A stretch of 64,000 nt of DNA from Candidatus Omnitrophota bacterium (lineage in GTDB: Bacteria > Omnitrophota > Omnitrophia > Omnitrophales > Aquincolibacteriaceae), in assembly GCA_043821445.1 (NCBI GenBank), contig JBDRCT010000005.1, forward strand, positions 2,593 to 66,592, given 5' to 3'. Of the stretch, positions 63,482-64,000 are shown in pieces (the stretch's first letter is position 1; every line of letters begins with the position of its first letter). The notes under the pieces were generated by a model. It did not search any database. It was not told the DNA's origin and saw nothing but the letters and a program-made list of their open reading frames with translations. Made by a program: the position numbers and the translations under genes.

Positions 63482-64000
63482 TTAACTTTCCAACGCCTTG
63501 CGGGCAAGGTTGCGCACGGAAAAGAACAGGACAACGGTGGCGATCAACCCCAGGATGAGAAGCGCCCATTCCGCCGGCATCCTGGGCCGCACCCCGGAAT
63601 GGAACAAAGAGAGGTCCCCCGTCAAGGCCCCTAAATAGGTGCAGACCATCACGGAAGGGACTGTCCCGGTCATGGAAGCGGCCCCGTACTGCCAGGCCGG
63701 GATCCGCGTCGTCCCGAAGGTGTAATTGGCGATCGAGAACGGGAAGACCGGGGACAACCGCGCCAGTAGAACGATCTTCCATCCTTTTTGATCCAAGGCC
63801 CCGGAAAACTTCTTTAAGGAAGCGTTCCCGGCAAGCGCCCTCTCGACCCACCGCCGGGCCAGATAACGGCCGATCCAAAAAGCGGCCACAGACCCGAGAC
63901 CGTTCCCCAGCACGCTCAGGGCCGTCCCCCTCCAAAATCCGAAAAGCATGCCCCCGGAAAAAGTAAAAATACTGAACGGCACGAAAAAAAGACAGGCGAG
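63482..64000 (-). CDS. TVP38/TMEM64 (DedA/VTT domain) membrane protein; 5' end outside the window
   Basis: GMLFGFWRG, AFWIGRY, LARLSPVFPFSIANY. Confidence 0.88.
   Translation of the reverse strand, partial: LACLFFVPFSIFTFSGGMLFGFWRGTALSVLGNGLGSVAAFWIGRYLARRWVERALAGNASLKKFSGALDQKGWKIVLLARLSPVFPFSIANYTFGTTRIPAWQYGAASMTGTVPSVMVCTYLGALTGDLSLFHSGVRPRMPAEWALLILGLIATVVLFFSVRNLARKALES

Overview
Bacterial chromosomal window of moderate-to-high GC. Gene content (PEGA/GT2, AmmeMemoRadiSam, many exported TPR proteins) is compatible with a PVC-group organism such as Omnitrophota, but that assignment is inference only. It holds about 45 CDS: glpD/glpK; a c-di-AMP and ion-homeostasis neighbourhood (diadenylate cyclase, KimA-like transporter, membrane pyrophosphatase, TerC with a c-di-AMP riboswitch-like leader); two RND/TolC efflux loci; an AmrB-AmrA fusion; MscS; a Cys-less PurF; HD-GYP and PP2C proteins sharing one sensor domain; a 1040-aa repetitive coiled-coil protein; and an Arn-like surface glycosylation cluster bracketed by paralogous TPR genes. 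I saw no rRNA, tRNA, transposase, integrase or CRISPR-cas genes. The most unusual signal is non-coding: about 19 hairpin modules of 36-42 bp (mostly 41-42) at nine loci. They have GYMC...GKRC-type ends, AT-rich loops and, in most copies, a strand-specific T.G wobble. They are chained head-to-tail through mostly 1-nt linkers, in shuffled order, and appear nested inside other elements (a c-di-AMP riboswitch, a MITE-like palindrome, a heptamer-repeat hairpin, one another, and a gene 3' end). All calls come from reading the sequence by eye; no searches were run.
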